IMG/VR virus record: IMGVR_UViG_3300040971_000062
Coordinates: 1-35,569 of that record
Length of the DNA: 35,569 bases
Strand: one strand, 5' to 3'
Source: a virus
Taxonomy: Duplodnaviria; Caudoviricetes
Below, piece by piece: positions 35,425-35,569 of the stretch. The notes under the pieces are model-generated. The model did not search any database. It had not been told where the DNA came from and saw only the letters and a program-made list of their open reading frames with translations. The first letter of the stretch is position 1. Each line of letters starts with the position of its first letter. The translations under genes and the position numbers were made by a program.

Positions 35425-35569
35425 TGTTACTTTTCGATTTTGCGATTATACTTGCAGCAGCATTATTTGAAATGCGAATTTTATAAGTTCCTGTAATTCC
35501 ATTAATTGAGTTGTTAATAAAACTGGTAACTGCTGTACTGTATGGATGTGACCCAATGCTGGTTATTAC

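Larger units (their letters stand above)
95..35451. mobile_element. Mu-like transposable prophage (Bacteroidota host), siphovirus-type tail
   Basis: Repressor/Ner, DDE transposase and AAA MuB-like genes at the left; Mu-type portal, gpF, gp36 and virion morphogenesis genes; methyltransferase at the right end. End coordinates are tentative, from GTAT-N6-AAAA(T)CGAAA motifs in inverted orientation at 96-117 and 35429-35451. Confidence 0.9.

Overview
The window is an apparently complete ~35.3 kb Mu-like (transposable) prophage of a Bacteroidota host, judged from TAnnTTTG promoters and gene families recalled from Bacteroidota phages. Layout: repressor/Ner switch, DDE transposase and MuB-like ATPase, a long early/accessory region, a leftward head/packaging operon, and a rightward protease-capsid-lysis-siphovirus-type tail operon. 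A diversity-generating retroelement (DGR) and a DNA methyltransferase lie at the right end. Main observations: (1) At 10065-11920, three genes are each bracketed by their own gene-specific inverted arms and separated by a conserved GTTAATTGCAGGC...GCTTGCAATTAAC hairpin. This resembles an 'inside-out' integron cassette array, with no recombinase in the window. (2) The DGR has a clear VR/TR pair (20 of 20 mismatches at TR adenines), but its reverse transcriptase appears almost entirely deleted, leaving only both termini. (3) A slippery heptamer plus hairpin predicts a -1 frameshift fusing the portal to the MuF-like protein. (4) The repressor has an in-frame stop and the methyltransferase a frameshift. 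All product calls come from motif recognition and synteny; no database searches were run.
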